A DNA stretch of 64,000 nt from an uncultured Acidobacteriota bacterium (GTDB taxonomy: Bacteria; Acidobacteriota; Vicinamibacteria; Marinacidobacterales; SMYC01): assembly GCA_963716925.1 (NCBI GenBank), contig CAVQUX010000015.1, positions 426,964 through 490,963 on the forward strand, in the 5' to 3' direction. Position 1 is the first letter of the stretch, and each line of letters starts with the position of its first letter. Positions 59,463-64,000 of the stretch are shown one piece after another. The notes under the pieces were generated by a model. It did not search any database and had not been told where the DNA came from. It worked only from the letters and a program-made list of their open reading frames with translations. A program made the position numbers and the translations under genes.

Positions 59463-61250
59463 ATGCGTAATCCGGAGCTTCTAATCCGAGCCGAGGACAG
59501 AAGATCCGTTTCTTTTCCCTCTCGAAAAAGAACTCACTTCGATCGGTCGGTCAAATCAGAACGACCTTACTCTCGTCGACAACCAACTCTCTCGCCATCA
59601 CGCGGAGATTCGAAGAGAAGGGGGGCGGTACTGGTTGAGGGATTCTCGCCAGTCGCTTCGGCACAGAGATCAACGGGAATACCATCCGGGAAAGTGTTCT
59701 CCTCCAAAACGGCGACGTAATTAAGCTCGGCAACATATCCATCCGATTCGTGGCCGGATCTTCTGACGCTGTCGTGCTGGGACCTTTCGGTGATGATGGC
59801 GGTCAGTTCTCCGGGCGAGATCAAGCAGACGACACGGGGTCTTGGCTCTGGGAAGGCACCGACTGCCTCGCAGCTCGGAGTCCCTGAGCCGAGGGTGACG
59901 CGGCCCGAAGCATCGGGTACCCAAATCTGGCGGAACGTGCTCGACGCAATAGCGGGGCCGATGCGAAAAATGGGCTCGGCGACTCGCAAGCGAAAGCTGA
60001 TGGTGAGCGTCCTCAATCAAGCCAGCGTCGCGCTCGCTCAGGGCTTCTCGATGAAGGAGTTCCTGGAACATCTCCTCGAATTGCTCCAAGAGGCGATGCC
60101 AGCAGATAGAACTGCATTCGTAGAGATCCGCGACGAGGAGCCTCGGATCCGGCTACGAGCGGTTCGCGTGAGAGAAACTGGTCTGGATTCACAGTTCCGG
60201 CTCGCTCACTCGATCTCCTGCGCGTCTTGGCTCACGCTGGAAGAGGCACCGTTTCTTACGAGCGGCCGATCGAAACACTTCGTCAGCGGTGCCATCCAGG
60301 ACTTCCTGGCAGCGATCGGTGCTCGGTCCGCAATGTGGGCTCCCTCCGGACTAGCGAGAGGTTGACTGGCCTCCTTTATGCCGACACCGTCGGGGGAAAG
60401 GGCGTCTTCACGGAAGGCGACCTCTCGCTCCTGACATCGCTCGCCAACCTCGCAGCTGTCAAGATCGAAAATGCGATGTTGTTCGAGCACATAGCTGAGA
60501 AGAAGAGGATGGAGCATGAGCAGGCGGTGGCTGCTGAAATACAGCGGAGTCTCCTTCCGGTAGTGCTCCTAAGCTCCCCGATTGGGACTTCGCGGGCACC
60601 AACGAGCCCTGTTACAGCATTGGAGGCGACTACTACGATTTCGTCCCGAGGTCGCAGGGTCGCCTGGCTTTGGCACTCGGAGATGTGTCGGGGAAGGGAA
60701 CAGGAGCAGCGTTAATGATGATGGTCCTTGGGACGACCGTGCGGGCTTGTTCCGAGCAAGAAGGCGATGTCGCTTCCATCATTGCACAGACGAACCGGGT
60801 GATGTGCCGGAACACGCCTACCCACGCCTTCGCGACCTTCTTCCTTGGAGATTCTTACCGAGCTCATGCGAACTTCGTTACGTGAATGCTGGGCACATCC
60901 CACCCATTGTCCATCGCGCGCGTGATGGAGATGTCCTGCGACTGGAAGAAGGAGGGCCCGTGCTCGGGCTCTTCGAGGAGTCCGTGTTTCAGGTCGGCAC
61001 TGTTCGGCTCGAACCCGGTGATTTACTTGTAGCGTTCACAGACGGTGTCAGCGAGAGTTGGAGCGATGACGAGGTGGAGTTTGGCGAAGAGAGGGTCATT
61101 GATGTGATTCGCAGGAACGCCGCACTCCCTTCCGGCGAATTGGTTGAAAATATTCTGGGAGAGGTAGACGAGTACATCGTGGAGCTCACCCCACTGACGA
61201 CCGGACGCTGATCGTCGCGAAAAGATGTTCACCCGAAATGGGAGACGGGT
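59463..61250 (+). pseudogene. FHA-GAF-PP2C (SpoIIE) phosphatase with multiple frameshifts
   Basis: IGRS..NDL...SRHHAEI..GT.ING (FHA); GLLYAD...F...DL.LL..LANLAA..IENA (GAF); GGDYYD, GDVSGKG, NAGH and FTDGVSE in shifting frames. Confidence 0.82.
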
Positions 61251-61522
61251 GAAGCATTCGATAGCCCCCGCGCTTCGGTCCCTTACGATTCTCGACTTTG
61301 CGCATTGACGGACGCTCTCGACGCTCGAGTTCGGGGTGCTGTCCGGGGTAAGTGACGAAGATATTCGCCTGGCGAACCGTCGGACAACCCGGACGGCCTC
61401 TTCTCCTCTAGAGAAAGGAAGAGAGAAAGGAGAAGAAGAGATAGTGCCCAAGGACTTCGGAACTGCTGTCCAGGCCGTCCGACGGACAGACGGCGTCGCG
61501 CACGAGAAACCGCTGTTCGCAT

Positions 61523-62110
61523 TCAGCTCTGGCGTTTTCTCCTGTACCCGACGATGTGCACCAGCCCCCATCCGAGCACGAAGAGCATGGAGGGTTCGGG
61601 AATAAAGAGGATTTCGTTGAGGCCGAACGCTGGGCTGACTCCTGATGCTCCTCGACCCTGGTACTCCATCCGTAAACGAGCCCACTCCGTGTCGACTGAA
61701 GCAAACGGAATGATGATGGGCTTTGGATAGTTGGGTGTGTCTCCTGGTAGGCTCGCAAGCGTAGTCCAGGTGCCGTCGAATCCGTCCGTGGTGTCGGAGC
61801 TCCACTGCACGTCGAGTTCCCCGGCGGTCCAGACATCAAGCGGGTTGATAAACCACAGGCCCACCGCCTGGAGCGACGTGGTGGCCTTGAAGTGGTACGC
61901 GAGGATGTTGACAGCTCCCAGCGGGATGTCGTTCACGCCATGCCACTGTGTATCGAGATCTCTGTCGATCGTGCGCTCTGGGCCTGCGGGGAACGGACAG
62001 GTTGTGCAGTAGTCACCGGTGACTGTGATCAATTCAGGCGGGATGACGGAAGCGGTGGCGTTGGCTGCTACCAGTACGCCGATGATGCCGAAGACAAGTT
62101 GCGTCCGCAC
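61523..62110 (-). CDS. PEP-CTERM protein with discoidin/F5-8-like domain
   Basis: GTG start after an RBS; IDRDLDTQW; IPEPSMLFVLG..YRRKR. Confidence 0.8.
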   Translation of the reverse strand: MRTQLVFGIIGVLVAANATASVIPPELITVTGDYCTTCPFPAGPERTIDRDLDTQWHGVNDIPLGAVNILAYHFKATTSLQAVGLWFINPLDVWTAGELDVQWSSDTTDGFDGTWTTLASLPGDTPNYPKPIIIPFASVDTEWARLRMEYQGRGASGVSPAFGLNEILFIPEPSMLFVLGWGLVHIVGYRRKRQS

Positions 62111-62132
62111 AACCTGGTTCCCCTTTTTTCGG

Positions 62133-62741
62133 TCAACGGCGGGAGCGACGAAGACACCCAACAAACCCCATGGCCAGAAGCAGTGCCAAGCCGGGCTCTG
62201 GAACCAGGTCCACTGTGAAATTGTCGAAGCTGAACCCGTTTCCTGCGACATAGACAACGGAGAAGGGATCGCCCGCCGCCAGGAAGATATCGCCGAGAGA
62301 CTGCAATCCAGTGCTGGTGATGTCGATGCTCGGCTCGCCGGTGATGTCGATTCGTCCCTCGTCCAATGAGCCGAAGATGGATACCGAGAGGTTCCTCAAG
62401 ATCACATCGCGGTCAAACACGATCTGAACCGATTCCCCCGTACAGCCGCCGTCGATCTGGGAGGACTCTTCCATCCCTCCGCAGGTCGTGTTGACGACGT
62501 TGATGCCGAAGGACGAGGCGGTTCGATTCAGAAAGAGATCCCGCAGCGGAGGTTCGTTGAAGGTCGATGGCAGCGCGGTGAGCGTCGCTGTCAGCCCATC
62601 CTCGGTCAGGCTGAACGAGTTCACCTCGTCGACGTTCTCGATCTCCGGCGCTCGGAGGTCGAAGAAGATCGGCGCGGCGAATGATGCGGAGGGGATCAGC
62701 AAACCAAGGGCGAGAGTAATGCGAGTGAGGACGGTCTTCAC
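62133..62741 (-). CDS. PEP-CTERM surface protein
   Basis: RBS aaggagg then GTG; signal; VPEPGLALLL...LRRSRR. Confidence 0.85.
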   Translation of the reverse strand: MKTVLTRITLALGLLIPSASFAAPIFFDLRAPEIENVDEVNSFSLTEDGLTATLTALPSTFNEPPLRDLFLNRTASSFGINVVNTTCGGMEESSQIDGGCTGESVQIVFDRDVILRNLSVSIFGSLDEGRIDITGEPSIDITSTGLQSLGDIFLAAGDPFSVVYVAGNGFSFDNFTVDLVPEPGLALLLAMGFVGCLRRSRR

Positions 62742-63095
62742 AGCAGCCTCCTTATTCGAAATCGCCTGCCGAACGGCATTGGGGGCTGCCGCGAATAGGC
62801 TTGCAGTATTACTTCCTTCCTTTTGCCAACGGGTCAACGGAGTACCTGTCAAAGTTGACGACCGCCGATTCATAGAAGCATCGAGACGGTCCCCTCGCAA
62901 GCCCCTTCCGCAACTCCGGTGTCGCCACCGGGGGCGGTTCCCGATACGGCATAGGAAAATTCCTGATGAATTTGTAGGCGTCTAACTGTGTTGGTGGAAA
63001 ATTGCCATTTCTTTGGCTGGGCAGGTGAAATCCTTTCTCCAATCCGTCATATACAGAAGAGACCTCGAGAGAACGCGTAAATAACCCAAGACGAC

Positions 63096-64000
63096 ATGAC
63101 ATCTAGGCACAAGGCCACACCCACGCGAAGACGTTCGCCGCACACTCCGGGAATTGCGTCGGCGGTCGCGCGGGGTCGCGCGCAGGCGGAAGAGATTGTC
63201 GCGTTCCGCACTAAGCAACGGAGGAAGCGGGCGCGCGTCATCGCTGCGCACCCGGCCTTGGGGCAGGACCTTCAACCACGCCGAATCCCGGCGCGCACGC
63301 TCAGCGCTTTAGGGCCCCGGGGGTCCACCGGCATCCTGATCGCCGAAGGTGACTCCTGGTTCGATTACCCGATGAATGACGTCTTGCGCGTGCTTGAGGA
63401 CGACCATGGCTACGATGTCGAGTCCGTGGCCCACTGGGGCGACTGCGTCGAAGACATGGCGTATTCCGGAGGACAGTTCGAGGAGTTCGCGCGTCGACTG
63501 GAAAAACTACTACGCCGGGGCCGCGTCCCTGACGCGATACTCATCTCCGGCGGAGGCAATGACATCGCAGGAAAAGAGTTTGCAGTGATCCTGAACCACG
63601 CGGCCTCTGGGCTTTCCCCTATCAATCAGGACGTGGTGCGCGGAGTAGTCGATGTGCGCCTCCGTGACGCGTACGCCTTCTTGATCGGTGGCCTGACACA
63701 GATTTCCCGGCGATATCTCAACCAGCCGATCGAAACCCTGATACATGGCTACGACTACCCAGTGCCAGATGGGCGCGGGTTCTTGGGAGGCTGGGGGCTA
63801 TTTCCAGGCCCGTGGCTGCAGCCCGGTTTCCGTAAGAAGGGTCACTCGGACCCATCTAGCAACGCTAGAGTCATGCGACAACTCATCGACTCTTTTAACG
63901 AGATGTTGATGAAGGTCAGCGCTGCCCCGCAATTCGGGCACGTGCACTACGTCGATCTACGCGGGACTCTGGCGACGGATGAAACATACAGGGAGGACTG
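63096..64000 (+). CDS. SGNH/GDSL hydrolase family protein (runs off the window; absent from the ORF track)
   Basis: Open frame from ATG 63096 with IAEGDSWFDYP, ISGGGND, HGYDY and YVDLRG. Confidence 0.85.
   Translation, partial: MTSRHKATPTRRRSPHTPGIASAVARGRAQAEEIVAFRTKQRRKRARVIAAHPALGQDLQPRRIPARTLSALGPRGSTGILIAEGDSWFDYPMNDVLRVLEDDHGYDVESVAHWGDCVEDMAYSGGQFEEFARRLEKLLRRGRVPDAILISGGGNDIAGKEFAVILNHAASGLSPINQDVVRGVVDVRLRDAYAFLIGGLTQISRRYLNQPIETLIHGYDYPVPDGRGFLGGWGLFPGPWLQPGFRKKGHSDPSSNARVMRQLIDSFNEMLMKVSAAPQFGHVHYVDLRGTLATDETYRED

Noticed and set aside
62760-62830. c-di-GMP-I riboswitch upstream of the PEP-CTERM pair
   Set aside because: GGCAAA and GGGGCTGCCG elements lie on opposite strands; core architecture is missing
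62978-63063. attC-like site (GTCTAAC...TCCGTCATATACAGAAGAGAC) before the SGNH gene, with a similar half at ~59235
   Set aside because: No GTTRRRY right box, no array and no integrase; IntegronFinder would be needed

Overview
High-GC bacterial chromosome segment. Its gene repertoire (two ADOP duplicated permeases, PadR and CadC-like regulators, a Ser/Thr kinase with TolB-like repeats, four PEP-CTERM proteins, Tat substrates) suggests Acidobacteriota, probably Vicinamibacteria; this is an inference. Bases 1-44.7 kb are densely coding and intact: secreted glycosidases, peptidases, a PQQ dehydrogenase, a sirtuin, Hsp20, a solo GHKL ATPase and others. This part hides an in-frame UGA selenoprotein candidate (SPT-U-GNC plus SECIS-like hairpin, 23617-24183) beside a diheme cytochrome c-rhodanese fusion and an RnfD-like/Sel1 plus FGE-domain pair. 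Bases 44.8-64 kb are a patchy accessory region with many frameshifts. It holds four PEP-CTERM genes, a SUEL-lectin-NLP (NPP1) fusion, ligase and IS91 transposase remnants, and three ~90 bp quasi-palindromic elements, two of which bracket a 2.3 kb two-gene cargo as direct repeats. No rRNA, tRNA or CRISPR array was seen. All calls come from motif reading by eye; no database searches were run.
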